In this document: in pieces, positions 9,422 through 19,139 of the stretch | Layout: each line of letters begins with the position of its first letter | How positions within the stretch are numbered: position 1 is the stretch's first letter | IMG/VR virus record: IMGVR_UViG_3300032268_000973 | Location: 1 to 64,000 of that record | DNA length: 64,000 bases | Strand: one strand, 5' to 3' | Source of the DNA: a virus | Position numbers and translations under genes: made by a program | The notes under the pieces: model-generated | Seen by the model: the letters and a program-made list of their open reading frames with translations, nothing else | The model's database searches: none | Told to the model about the DNA's origin: nothing

Positions 9422-9524
9422 TCTCCTATTTGATAAGTCTCTAAATTTGTTTAATATTTATATACGATGAGCAAGGTAAACTTCACGTTAGTGTGAAAGC
9501 CAATAAACCACTCGTATATAGACA

Positions 9525-12308
9525 ATGTTTACAGAACAAGAAATTGAATCGTTCCTACACGGAAACGATCCCGAAGAATTTATAGTCGCAATCGAATTCG
9601 ACTACGCTTCCAACTCCATCTACAAAATCAAAGAAATTCCTGGTAAAGGTAAAGAAATCCGTAAGGACACATTTATTCCATTCGCATGGGTTGGTGACTT
9701 ACGTGACATCAATTTTTATAGTGGTTCAAAAGCTGCTCAAAAGGAAGCTATGACCAAACATGGTATCATGATAGAAAAACTTGATACTCATGGTAATAAA
9801 AGATTAGAAAGAGGTATGACATATATGGTTAAATCTCTTAAAGGTTATCGTGAACTTGTCCAATTTTTTAGAGAAGGTGGATGCGACCCGTGGGGAGAAA
9901 AGACAAAAGAAAAAATAATGATTTTATCTCCTGTGGAACAATATCTTGTTTCAAAAGAGAAAAGATTATTCAAAGGATTTGAAGATTATAATCAAGTAAC
10001 CCGTTTGGTATTTGACTTGGAAACGACCGCCTTAGAACCTAAAGACGGTCGTATATTCATGATTGGAATCAAAACTAACAAAGGGTACCATAAGGTTATT
10101 GAATGTATTGATGAATCTCAAGAAAGAGGTGCCATCATAGAGTTTTTTAATATTATCGATGAGTTAAAACCAAGTATTATTGGTGGATATAATTCCGCAA
10201 ACTTCGACTGGCATTGGATATTCGAACGATGTAAAATCTTGGGTATTGACGCAAAAAAGATTTGTCGTTCCCTGCACCCCCAACATTCATTCACAAGAAA
10301 AGAGGGTATGTTGAAACTTGCAAACGAAGTTGAGTTGTATACTCAGACTTCCATTTGGGGGTATAATGTTATTGATATCATCCATGCGGTTAGACGAGCA
10401 CAAGCAATCAACTCAAGTATTAAGTCTGCAGGTTTGAAATATATTACACAATATATTAACGCAGAGGCTGAAGACCGAGTATATATTGACCACTTGGACA
10501 TCGCACCATTTTATACTAAAAAGGAAGAATATTGGTTGAACATTCAGAATGGAAATTATCGTAAAGTTGGGATAGACCCGAAGATTGATAAAATTTGTGA
10601 AGGTAGAGAAGATGTTTACATTAAAACTACAGGTGACAACTTGGTTGAAAGATATCTTGATGATGACTTGGACGAAACCTTGAAAGTTGACCAAGAATTC
10701 AATCAAGGTTCATTCTTACTTGCGGCGATGATTCCGACTACCTATGAGAGAGTATCCACTATGGGTACCGCTACCTTATGGAAAATGTTGATGATGGCGT
10801 GGTCTTACAAACATAATATTGCAATACCTGCCAAAGAATCCAAGACTGACTTCGTAGGAGGTCTCTCACGACTACTTAAGGTGGGATATAGTAAGGATGT
10901 ACTCAAGCTTGACTTCTCGTCTCTATACCCCTCCATTCAGTTGGTACATGACGTATTCCCTGACTGTGACGTAACAGGGGCAATGAAAGGTATGCTCAAG
11001 TGGTTTCGCGATACTCGTATTAAATACAAAAACTTGGCGGAACAATACTACGAATCAGATAGAAAAAAGTCTGAGTCATACGGAAACAAACAACTTCCGA
11101 TCAAAATTTTTATTAACTCAATGTTCGGCGCGTTATCCGCACCACAAGTATATGCTTGGGGTGACATGTATATGGGTGAACAAATTACTTGTACGGGTAG
11201 ACAATACCTCCGTCAGATGATTAAATTCTTTATGGCGAAGGGTTATGTACCACTTGTAATGGATACGGACGGTGTGAACTTTTCTACACCTGAAGATGCG
11301 AAGGATAGAGTGTATATTGGTCGAGGATTAAATTGGAAAGTAAAAGAAGGTAAAGAATATCGTGGACCTGAAGCAGATGTCGCAGAATATAACGATATTT
11401 TTATGAGGGGAGAGATGGCTTTGGATACCGATGGTGTTTGGCCTTCATGTATCAACTTGGCACGTAAGAACTACGCGGTTATGGATGCGAAGGGAAAAAT
11501 CAAACTTACGGGTAACAGCATCAAGTCAAAGAAACTTCCAATCTATATTGAGGAGTTTTTGGATAAAGGAATCAAAATGTTGTTACAAGGAAATGGAAAA
11601 GAGTTCGTGGAATATTACTATGAATATCTACAAAAGATTTATGACAAAAAGATTCCACTATCCAAAATTGCTCAGAGAGCTAAAGTAAAGTTGAGTCTCG
11701 ATGAATATAAGAAAAGATTAACAACCAAAACTAAGGCTGGTAATAGTATGTCTCGGATGGCACACATGGAACTTGCGATTCAAGAAAATTTGAATGTGAA
11801 CTTGGGAGACGTAATTATGTACGTGAATAATGGTACAAAAGCATCTCAGGGTGATGTGCAAAAAATGACACCTAAACAAATTAAAGATACAAATGCTTTG
11901 AATGTATTTAATGACCCTAAAGCAAAACTTATTACTGATGGGGTTATGATAAATTGTTATATGCTAGATAAGGATATTCTTAGTAATAATCCTGACCTAA
12001 CAGGTGATTATAACATACCAAGAGCAATCGTAACTTTTAATAAAAGAATTGAACCTTTGATGGTTGTTTTTAAAGAGGATGTTAGAAATGGTTTGATTGT
12101 GGGTGAACCTGAAAAACGTGGAATATTTACCGCCGCTCAGTGTGAATTGATAAATGGTGAACCATTGTCAGATGGTGACCAAGATAGATTAAAAGAAGAT
12201 GTTTTGGATATAACCGAAGCGGAACTGAGGTATTGGGAAAAAAGAGGTTTGAGTCCTGATTATATGTATAATTTGGCGGAAGAAGGATGGGAACAAGTTC
12301 TTACCTAA
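9525..12308 (+). CDS. polB: Family B DNA polymerase (gp43-like)
   Basis: Exonuclease motifs FDLETT and YNSANFD. Polymerase motifs DFSSLYPSI, KIFINSMFG and MDTDG. Confidence 0.97.
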   Translation: MFTEQEIESFLHGNDPEEFIVAIEFDYASNSIYKIKEIPGKGKEIRKDTFIPFAWVGDLRDINFYSGSKAAQKEAMTKHGIMIEKLDTHGNKRLERGMTYMVKSLKGYRELVQFFREGGCDPWGEKTKEKIMILSPVEQYLVSKEKRLFKGFEDYNQVTRLVFDLETTALEPKDGRIFMIGIKTNKGYHKVIECIDESQERGAIIEFFNIIDELKPSIIGGYNSANFDWHWIFERCKILGIDAKKICRSLHPQHSFTRKEGMLKLANEVELYTQTSIWGYNVIDIIHAVRRAQAINSSIKSAGLKYITQYINAEAEDRVYIDHLDIAPFYTKKEEYWLNIQNGNYRKVGIDPKIDKICEGREDVYIKTTGDNLVERYLDDDLDETLKVDQEFNQGSFLLAAMIPTTYERVSTMGTATLWKMLMMAWSYKHNIAIPAKESKTDFVGGLSRLLKVGYSKDVLKLDFSSLYPSIQLVHDVFPDCDVTGAMKGMLKWFRDTRIKYKNLAEQYYESDRKKSESYGNKQLPIKIFINSMFGALSAPQVYAWGDMYMGEQITCTGRQYLRQMIKFFMAKGYVPLVMDTDGVNFSTPEDAKDRVYIGRGLNWKVKEGKEYRGPEADVAEYNDIFMRGEMALDTDGVWPSCINLARKNYAVMDAKGKIKLTGNSIKSKKLPIYIEEFLDKGIKMLLQGNGKEFVEYYYEYLQKIYDKKIPLSKIAQRAKVKLSLDEYKKRLTTKTKAGNSMSRMAHMELAIQENLNVNLGDVIMYVNNGTKASQGDVQKMTPKQIKDTNALNVFNDPKAKLITDGVMINCYMLDKDILSNNPDLTGDYNIPRAIVTFNKRIEPLMVVFKEDVRNGLIVGEPEKRGIFTAAQCELINGEPLSDGDQDRLKEDVLDITEAELRYWEKRGLSPDYMYNLAEEGWEQVLT

Positions 12309-12311
12309 ATC

Positions 12312-12348
12312 AAAAAAGGAATATGTAAAATTTACATATTCCTTTTTT
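12312..12348. terminator. Bidirectional terminator between convergent genes
   Basis: Perfect 18-nt inverted repeat AAAAAAGGAATATGTAAA / TTTACATATTCCTTTTTT, with T tracts on both strands. Confidence 0.85.
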
Positions 12349-12684
12349 TTATGATTGTTTGAGACCGTCCGAGGAAAGTATATACCAATTTCCACCAACG
12401 AATCTAAATTCTATACAAGCAAATTTATCGACAACAACTTCATCGTATTCTTCATCTATCAAACCTTTGTCAGGAACTATTGTTAGATTAACCATTGATT
12501 TTACGACTATGTGATCTGTTGTCTGTGAGTCTAAAATCACTACAGAACTCGGAACATTACGAACAATAATACAACTTTCTCCTGTAGTTTTATAAGTTGT
12601 TTCAGATACCACAGAAATTTCAGAAGTTGTGACCACTTCTCCCCTAATAATCCTTTTCGAAGGAATTGATTTAATTATTGCCAT
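12349..12684 (-). CDS. Small beta-rich protein, probably structural
   Basis: 111 aa, starting 3 nt after the neck protein stop, ending IEFRFVGGNWYIL. Confidence 0.6.
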   Translation of the reverse strand: MAIIKSIPSKRIIRGEVVTTSEISVVSETTYKTTGESCIIVRNVPSSVVILDSQTTDHIVVKSMVNLTIVPDKGLIDEEYDEVVVDKFACIEFRFVGGNWYILSSDGLKQS

Positions 12685-12687
12685 ATA

Positions 12688-13815
12688 TTAGATTACATAA
12701 ATTTGACGAGGCATTGCTCTGAATTTCATTTGTTTATTTAGATTCTCAGCAATTAACGCTTCTCTCTCCATCACTTTCTCAGGTCTCATTCTTGTTAACC
12801 AACCCTCAGCACCAATTAATTCTTCAATTAATTTACTTTTTTCATCTTTAGCTTCAGTTAATAAACTTTGGTAGTCCATAGTGATTTCACTATCTGGAGT
12901 TTTGAGATTTCCACTATACTTTCCTCTTACTCTCGCTAAAGTTTCTTTACAATATGCCGTGAACCATCTTCTCACCCACTGTTGGCCTGGTACATTTAAG
13001 TCCGTCCAAGTTAATTCTTCGATAGGTACATCGGTCGGAAGTTTAATAATATCAGGATTGTTTTTCAAACAATCGGCTCTACTATCTGGCTCAACATCAT
13101 AATACCAATACCATACCGCTTTACCGACATATAGGTTATAATTTGACCAGTTAAACTTACCACCTGGAGTGTTATACAAGTGAATAAGTTTTTTTCCATC
13201 AGGAAGACCTGTAATTCTATATGTTAAGGAACCACCTAAAATTCTGTTAAGGATGTTCGCCTCTTGCATTCTAATCAAGTAATCAAAACCTGACATCATA
13301 AAGTAAGAACCCTGATATCCCATTTGAGCGTATCCTGCTTCACTGGCACCTAATCCAACACCACCCATACCAAATCCTCCAATACCTCCTAAACCAAATG
13401 CACTCCAAGCTTGGTTAGAAAACCATAGTAATTCATTTACTTCTCGTCCTGCAGGGATTTCATAAGTTTGAGTATTTGCACTTAGAATAAAATAATCTTT
13501 TTTCAGAACCCAAGGACCGTCAGTCTGTAGTCCTACGATTTTTGAATAAGCGTAACTAAATTGTTGTTCAAAATCCATAGTTCGAGTTACCAACGCTCTG
13601 GCAACTGATCTTTCGTTCATGTTGAGATTTACTAAGTTAACCCATTGTGAATCAATTAACCATTGAAGAATATACTCTTCATAATCTCCAACTGCTAGTT
13701 CCATCAATGAATCTAACATTTCGTCTTCGAGTTCGACACTTCTCAAAGGAGCTCCGAGTTGGTGTTTTATTCTCGTATAAATTTTACTTCTTTCGGGTTC
13801 GGGTATTACTGCCAT
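12688..13815 (-). CDS. Neck / head completion protein (T4 gp13-like)
   Basis: N-terminal IKHQLGAPLRSVELEDEMLD..MELAV motif and WVRRWFTAYCKETLARVRGKY near the C-terminus. Confidence 0.75.
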   Translation of the reverse strand: MAVIPEPERSKIYTRIKHQLGAPLRSVELEDEMLDSLMELAVGDYEEYILQWLIDSQWVNLVNLNMNERSVARALVTRTMDFEQQFSYAYSKIVGLQTDGPWVLKKDYFILSANTQTYEIPAGREVNELLWFSNQAWSAFGLGGIGGFGMGGVGLGASEAGYAQMGYQGSYFMMSGFDYLIRMQEANILNRILGGSLTYRITGLPDGKKLIHLYNTPGGKFNWSNYNLYVGKAVWYWYYDVEPDSRADCLKNNPDIIKLPTDVPIEELTWTDLNVPGQQWVRRWFTAYCKETLARVRGKYSGNLKTPDSEITMDYQSLLTEAKDEKSKLIEELIGAEGWLTRMRPEKVMEREALIAENLNKQMKFRAMPRQIYVI

Positions 13816-13833
13816 ATTAGATAAATATCTTAT

Positions 13834-15372
13834 TTAATCTATTTCGTGTAATAATGATGATTCGTCAAAAACGTATTGATTATAAACCTTTGTAGGATTG
13901 TTTTTGAAAATCAAAATTTTATTATTTTTTGTATTGATAAATATCATCCAATCAACACTATACCTTTTTACATTGCCAGTCCCAAACACTGTGATCTTAC
14001 CATCTTGATTATTTATGTGTGTAAATGGTTTGACTTGAGAAGTATATTTTTGAGTTGGTGTGTTAACAACTAAATCAATTCCTTTGTATGCGTCGATTTT
14101 TTGACCGTGACCACCTGATTTTTCTACAGATGATCCTTCCCCAAAATAAGTTTCAATTTTTGATAAAACTTTGTCTTCAGACTTTTGTCCTCTATCCCAA
14201 AGTTTGGTCAAAACCCGAACGATATTTACAAAGTCCTCATTCTCTTTAGTGAATATTTTTGTTTTAAAATAATCTATTGCTTTAACTAATCTTGTAATTT
14301 CCGCTACGGTTCTCTTCTTTGGATTGGAAAAATCAAATATTTTTTCAGGTTTATTTATTGATTCAATTTGTTTGTTAACTGCCTTAGTTAGTAAACATAG
14401 TGTGTTGAAATTTGTATTCAAATTATTCAATACAGATCTTGCTCCTTCGGACTCTATTCCATAAAACCCTGACATTTCTTTTTCAGACCCTTCAACCCAA
14501 AATTGATTGAATACAGTTTTCAAAACTTCGTTTACACCTTCTTGGTAAATTTTTTTGATTTTTGGATTGTTGATCAATTCCCTGTAAACCTGAGTTTCTT
14601 CAGAACTACAAAATTTTGGTTCTGAACCTTCTTTTAATAAGTTATTAAACTTCACGGATTCCAAAAGTTTTGTTTCAGTTTTCATTTCGTAAAGTTTCGA
14701 AACGAAATCCCAATTGACGACTTTCCAAAAATTACCAATATATTCATCTCGTTTGTTTTTGTATTTCAAATAATATGCGTGTTCCCATAGATCCAACCCA
14801 AGAAGTGGAAATCCCCCACCTTCAATGACATTCATAAGTGGGTTGTCTTGATTTGGTGTCGACATAATTTTCAGAGTATTTCTAGCCGTTAATACTAACC
14901 ATACCCAGCCTGATCCAAATCTTTCTTTAGCAACCGTTTCAAATTTTTTCTTGAACGAAGGAAAAGTTCCGAATTCCGATACAACTTTTTTGTAAAGATC
15001 ACCTTTCAATTTCGTTGGTTCAGGGGACAACATATTCCAAAATAATGCGTGGTTAAAAGCACCACCAGCATTATTTCTAATTGTTTTATCAAATCGACTT
15101 ATGGTTTTGATTATTTGTTCTAACTCTAAATCTCCATACTTTTTCTTGGAGAGAGCATCGTTTAATTTATCGACATACCCCTTATAGTGTTTGTTATAAT
15201 GGAAGTCCATTGTTTCGGGGTCAATAAATTGTTTGAGGGCTGAGTAGGAATAAGGTAGTTTTTCTATTCCAATTTTTTTCATTTCTGTGATTAACAACTC
15301 TTTTTCTCTTGTTACTTTTTGTTCTACAATTTGTAATTCGAGTTGTTCAATCTTCTGTTGTATTTTAGTCAT
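13834..15372 (-). CDS. sodA: Fe/Mn superoxide dismutase (Mn-type signature) fused to a roughly 280 aa C-terminal domain with PD-(D/E)XK-like motifs
   Basis: Metal ligands in HYNKHYKGY, FNHALFW and DLWEHAYY. NNAGG and TPNQDNP are Mn-type signatures. The extension carries RGQKSE, IDAYKGID and QVK. Confidence 0.9.
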   Translation of the reverse strand: MTKIQQKIEQLELQIVEQKVTREKELLITEMKKIGIEKLPYSYSALKQFIDPETMDFHYNKHYKGYVDKLNDALSKKKYGDLELEQIIKTISRFDKTIRNNAGGAFNHALFWNMLSPEPTKLKGDLYKKVVSEFGTFPSFKKKFETVAKERFGSGWVWLVLTARNTLKIMSTPNQDNPLMNVIEGGGFPLLGLDLWEHAYYLKYKNKRDEYIGNFWKVVNWDFVSKLYEMKTETKLLESVKFNNLLKEGSEPKFCSSEETQVYRELINNPKIKKIYQEGVNEVLKTVFNQFWVEGSEKEMSGFYGIESEGARSVLNNLNTNFNTLCLLTKAVNKQIESINKPEKIFDFSNPKKRTVAEITRLVKAIDYFKTKIFTKENEDFVNIVRVLTKLWDRGQKSEDKVLSKIETYFGEGSSVEKSGGHGQKIDAYKGIDLVVNTPTQKYTSQVKPFTHINNQDGKITVFGTGNVKRYSVDWMIFINTKNNKILIFKNNPTKVYNQYVFDESSLLHEID

Positions 15373-15389
15373 TGTTGGCTTTAATTTAC

Positions 15390-15397
15390 TATAAATA
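15390..15397 (-). promoter_or_regulatory. TATTTATA upstream motif on the minus strand
   Basis: Lies 17 nt before the SOD-fusion ATG. Confidence 0.5.
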
Positions 15398-15410
15398 ATA
15401 CGAAATCAGT

Positions 15411-17162
15411 TTATTTTCTGTTTTCGTTTATTCTCTTCAAAATTTCTTCGGCCATATCGGAGGAATTTAGGTTGTCACCCATAACAGTTGCAATTACTTG
15501 TTTTTTGTTGTTTAATATGTCATAAATAACTCCTTCAATTGTGTTTTCAAATATTGGGTAATACACTAAAACATTATTTTTTTGGCCATATCTGTACGCT
15601 CTATCTTCTGCTTGAGCGTGGTCTGATGGTAGGAATGATAGGTCATTCATTATTACCGCCTCACCTGCGGTTAATGTTAATCCCACACCCGCAGCTTTAA
15701 TGTTTCCAACAAAAACTTTTACTTTGTCATTTTCTTGGAAATTATCAACACTTTTTTGTCTTTCAGGTTTTGACATTGACCCATCAACCTTTACTGCAGT
15801 TTTTCCAAAATGTTCACAAATCTTATTGAGTGAATCGGTAAAATTACAGAAGATGATAACTTTCTTATCTTGTTCAATAATATTTTCTGCAAGTTCGATT
15901 GTTTGACTTATTTTTTCATCGGCAATGATTTGTCGTACTTTCGTGAGTTTGGTAAACTGAACGGTAAGTGATTTTGATTCTTCAGGATTTTTATCATACC
16001 AATCGTAATACTCACCCATCACCTCTTCGTATGCCTTCGACTTCAATCTCAAATAAACAGGGGTGATTATTTTTTCAGGTAAATCCAATACGTTTTCTTT
16101 GAGTCTTCGTAAGACAAGACCTGTTGTTCGGTCACGAAGTTCTTCCAAATTAGATGACCCTGTCACGTTCCAAACTTTTCTTCCCCCAACATTGAATTGA
16201 TATCCACTACAATATCTAATAGCGTAAGCCATCCAATTCTTGGCAACGGGTGATTCGATGAGATGTAATAGATTGAAATAATCCATAGGTCTTGATGTCA
16301 TTGGAGTACCAGTCAACAACCATAACCTATCAACATTTTTTGCAATGTCGTTTATTAGTTTTGTTCTTTGGGCCGTAGGATTTTTGATATAGTGAGCTTC
16401 GTCAACGACCACCAAATCAAAATTGGCAGCAATAACTTGCGATTCATCTTTTTTCTTAGTGTCATGAAAGTTTTTGATAATGTCGTAGTTTATGATTACG
16501 AAATCGTGTTCGGTACTAAAAGTTTTTCCTTCAGATATGAATATCGATCTGTCTGAGTAATTTTCTATTTCTCGTTTCCAGTTAATCTTAAGAGTTGCAG
16601 GACAGATAATAAGAATCTTCTTTGCCCCCGTCTCTAACGCCGCAATGATAGTAGAGGTAGTTTTCCCCAAACCCATATCATCGGCAAGAATAAATTTTTT
16701 ATTCTCAACAAGTTTCTGAATTGATTCTTTTTGATGTTGGAGTGGAGGCCTATGTGAATATTTGTCATAATCAATTACAACATCCTTAACTGAATTATCT
16801 TTGATGATTGCCGCTTTGGGTAACCAAAAATCGTGGAATTCTTCGTGTTCGAGTACTTTACCCCAAATGTGAAATGCTTTTTCTGTATCACACAATAATT
16901 TTTCAACCCATACTTTATCGGGGATTACGGTGTACAATTTATCGTCCGCTAACTTCTTTGCGAAGTATGCATCTAATATTACCCACTTTTTAGCAACCTT
17001 AGGTTGAGTGTTATGGTTATTTATAATGTAATCCGATTGGCTTCTTGTTGGATAGAACCTTTTGTTTAATTGAGACTTCCTTTTTAGTTCAAGTAAATAA
17101 TTGTTTCCTCCTTCATAAGATTCCAATAGGGATAATGCTTTTGATTCTAAACTTATATCCAT
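15411..17162 (-). CDS. SNF2-family helicase/translocase (SMARCAL1/HARP-like)
   Basis: DDMGLGKT, DEAHYIK, LLTGTP and QAEDRAYRYGQ motifs. Confidence 0.92.
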   Translation of the reverse strand: MDISLESKALSLLESYEGGNNYLLELKRKSQLNKRFYPTRSQSDYIINNHNTQPKVAKKWVILDAYFAKKLADDKLYTVIPDKVWVEKLLCDTEKAFHIWGKVLEHEEFHDFWLPKAAIIKDNSVKDVVIDYDKYSHRPPLQHQKESIQKLVENKKFILADDMGLGKTTSTIIAALETGAKKILIICPATLKINWKREIENYSDRSIFISEGKTFSTEHDFVIINYDIIKNFHDTKKKDESQVIAANFDLVVVDEAHYIKNPTAQRTKLINDIAKNVDRLWLLTGTPMTSRPMDYFNLLHLIESPVAKNWMAYAIRYCSGYQFNVGGRKVWNVTGSSNLEELRDRTTGLVLRRLKENVLDLPEKIITPVYLRLKSKAYEEVMGEYYDWYDKNPEESKSLTVQFTKLTKVRQIIADEKISQTIELAENIIEQDKKVIIFCNFTDSLNKICEHFGKTAVKVDGSMSKPERQKSVDNFQENDKVKVFVGNIKAAGVGLTLTAGEAVIMNDLSFLPSDHAQAEDRAYRYGQKNNVLVYYPIFENTIEGVIYDILNNKKQVIATVMGDNLNSSDMAEEILKRINENRK

Positions 17163-17186
17163 CTATAAGAAAAAATATTTGGCTAA

Positions 17187-17215
17187 AATATAGTTATAAA
17201 CTGAGTATTTATCAA
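17187..17215 (-). promoter_or_regulatory. Sigma70-like promoter TTGATA-17-TATATT driving the SNF2 gene
   Basis: On the minus strand the -35 is at 17215..17210 and the -10 at 17192..17187, with a 17-nt spacer. Confidence 0.45.
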
Positions 17216-17256
17216 TATAGGATATATTACCCTTTTCATAATTAAACAAATATATA

Positions 17257-17772
17257 ATGGGAGAAAAATTAGTTCCAATAACAAGATTAGGTAAATTTTT
17301 TGGTGCCGAGGATTATACTTTGGACATCGGTATGGGTGAGGAGTGGTTAATCGGTGATATGAATTTTACTGTAATCCTTTATCGTATTGATCGAAGAAAA
17401 ACCAAAACTGACGATGTTTATGGTGAGGTGTTAGAAGACGGGATTCAATTTCTTGCCCCTGTTGAATTGAAGGGATTGGTTCAAGTGATGGCTCCAACTA
17501 ATAAAGCTCTTGGGAATTCAAAGGTGGAACAACAAGAACCTGGTAACATGAAGTTCAGCATATATCAAAAAACTTTAGATGATTTAGGTGTTGAAATCTT
17601 TATGGGTGATTATTTTGGGTATTATGAATCTGAAGACCGAGTTAGGTATTATTCTGTTGTCGATGATGGATTTGTAAAATCTGATAATAAACATACGTAT
17701 GCTGGATACAAACCTTTCTACAGAACTGTAATTGCAACTTATGTGAGTGAAAACGAATTTAGAGGAATATAA
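17257..17772 (+). CDS. Head-tail connector / neck protein (gp14-like)
   Basis: Size, position next to the gp15-like gene and sheath, and the YRID...DDVYGE motif. Confidence 0.6.
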   Translation: MGEKLVPITRLGKFFGAEDYTLDIGMGEEWLIGDMNFTVILYRIDRRKTKTDDVYGEVLEDGIQFLAPVELKGLVQVMAPTNKALGNSKVEQQEPGNMKFSIYQKTLDDLGVEIFMGDYFGYYESEDRVRYYSVVDDGFVKSDNKHTYAGYKPFYRTVIATYVSENEFRGI

Positions 17773-17933
17773 TGAAATACATAATAACTGAGTCACAATT
17801 GAATAAAATTATGGAAGCCATTGTTGATAATAAAGTTATTTGTGATAATTGCGGTTGGTCGTGGGAACTATCTGATGGTGGAGATGACCCATATACTTGT
17901 CACAAATGTGGACACGATAACTCTGAAGATTAA
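17772..17933 (+). CDS. Small Zn-ribbon protein (53 aa), absent from the ORF track
   Basis: Hand translation gives MKYIITESQLNKIMEAIVDNKVICDNCGWSWELSDGGDDPYTCHKCGHDNSED, with CxxC-x15-CxxC. The start is coupled to the upstream stop through TAATG. Confidence 0.8.
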   Translation: MKYIITESQLNKIMEAIVDNKVICDNCGWSWELSDGGDDPYTCHKCGHDNSED

Positions 17934-17946
17934 GATAAAAAATAAA

Positions 17947-18987
17947 ATGCCTTTACCAAAACAAGTAAAACCTACATTACCCTTAGTTCCAAAGAAAACT
18001 TTGAATGCAAGAAGAGAGCAACTTCTTGAATTTATAAACAAAGATGGAACTTATTTACCAAAGTCAGTATTGCATGCTGATTTGGATAGAGGTATGCTCG
18101 ATTTTGTTAAGGAAGACCTTCAGGTTGTAACCGCAGGGAAAATCATTCCAATGATAGACATTATTATTACCACTCAAAATTGGGCACAATATACTGAAAC
18201 AGCATTATTTACAAATCTTGATTTTAATCCCGAGCCTCCATTCATAACAGTTGTGAGACAACCTGAGGTGAAGTATGGGACGAACCCATCTTTACAATAT
18301 ACAATACCAAATCGAAAACAATTTTATTACGCTTCTGTCCCAACTTGGAATGGAAACGAACAAGGAATGGATATATATACCATACCACAACCAGTTCCTG
18401 TTGACATCAACTATAGTGTTAAAATCGTTTGTAATAGAATGAGAGAACTGAATCAACTTAATAAGATTATTATGCAAAAGTTTTCATCAAGACAAGCATA
18501 TACTTTTATTAAAGGCCAATACGTTCCAATTATTCTTAATAATATTTCTGATGAATCTCAAACAACTTTGGATAGTAGAAAATATTTCATTCAGAATTAT
18601 GACTTCACCATGTTGGGATACTTGATAGACGAGGAGGAGTTTCAAGTGAAACCAGCAATCGCTCGAGTTGCTCAAATTATGGAATTGAATACTACGACAT
18701 TGAAAAGAAGACGACCGAAATTTCCAAAAAACCCTGATGATTTTCTATCCGATTTTTTATTTATTGCGGGTAATGATACTTTGAGTGAAATTGTGGAGTT
18801 CCGAGCCAATATGTCTTTTATTGGATCAACAAATGTTGAAAGTTTCGATGTTTATATTAACGGAGACTTTTTTGGAACTGATGTCCAAGAAATACAAATA
18901 ACAACAAATGATATTTTAAGAATTGATGTTGTTAAAACTAATAATAGTTTGGAGTCAAATATAAAATTTGAATCTACATTAGTTTAA
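17947..18987 (+). CDS. Tail terminator / sheath stabiliser (gp15-like); start reassigned from 17821 to 17947
   Basis: MPLPKQ start with an A-rich leader, PQPVPVDINYSVKI motif, position before the sheath gene. Confidence 0.65.
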   Translation: MPLPKQVKPTLPLVPKKTLNARREQLLEFINKDGTYLPKSVLHADLDRGMLDFVKEDLQVVTAGKIIPMIDIIITTQNWAQYTETALFTNLDFNPEPPFITVVRQPEVKYGTNPSLQYTIPNRKQFYYASVPTWNGNEQGMDIYTIPQPVPVDINYSVKIVCNRMRELNQLNKIIMQKFSSRQAYTFIKGQYVPIILNNISDESQTTLDSRKYFIQNYDFTMLGYLIDEEEFQVKPAIARVAQIMELNTTTLKRRRPKFPKNPDDFLSDFLFIAGNDTLSEIVEFRANMSFIGSTNVESFDVYINGDFFGTDVQEIQITTNDILRIDVVKTNNSLESNIKFESTLV

Positions 18988-19139
18988 TCTTCTCCGTATA
19001 TATCTTTTTTTTCTTTACACGTTTCTAATATAAGATTTTCTAAAAACTTATATATTTTGATACCACGTTTTTCACAGTATTTTTTTAATACTTCGTGGGA
19101 CTCAGGGGATATTTTGATATTCTTTATTTCTTTGGTCAT
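18984..19139 (-). CDS. Ribbon-helix-helix DNA-binding protein (51 aa), absent from the ORF track
   Basis: Hand translation gives MTKEIKNIKISPESHEVLKKYCEKRGIKIYKFLENLILETCKEKKDIYGED: an alternating beta-strand (KNIKIS), helix A ending in G, then helix B. Confidence 0.75.
   Translation of the reverse strand: MTKEIKNIKISPESHEVLKKYCEKRGIKIYKFLENLILETCKEKKDIYGED

Noticed and set aside
9459-9520. Possible hammerhead ribozyme (CGATGAG...GAAA) or c-di-GMP riboswitch
   Set aside because: The core lacks the CUGA U, stem II does not close around the core, and the second GEMM hairpin is absent. It is kept only as a generic structured leader.
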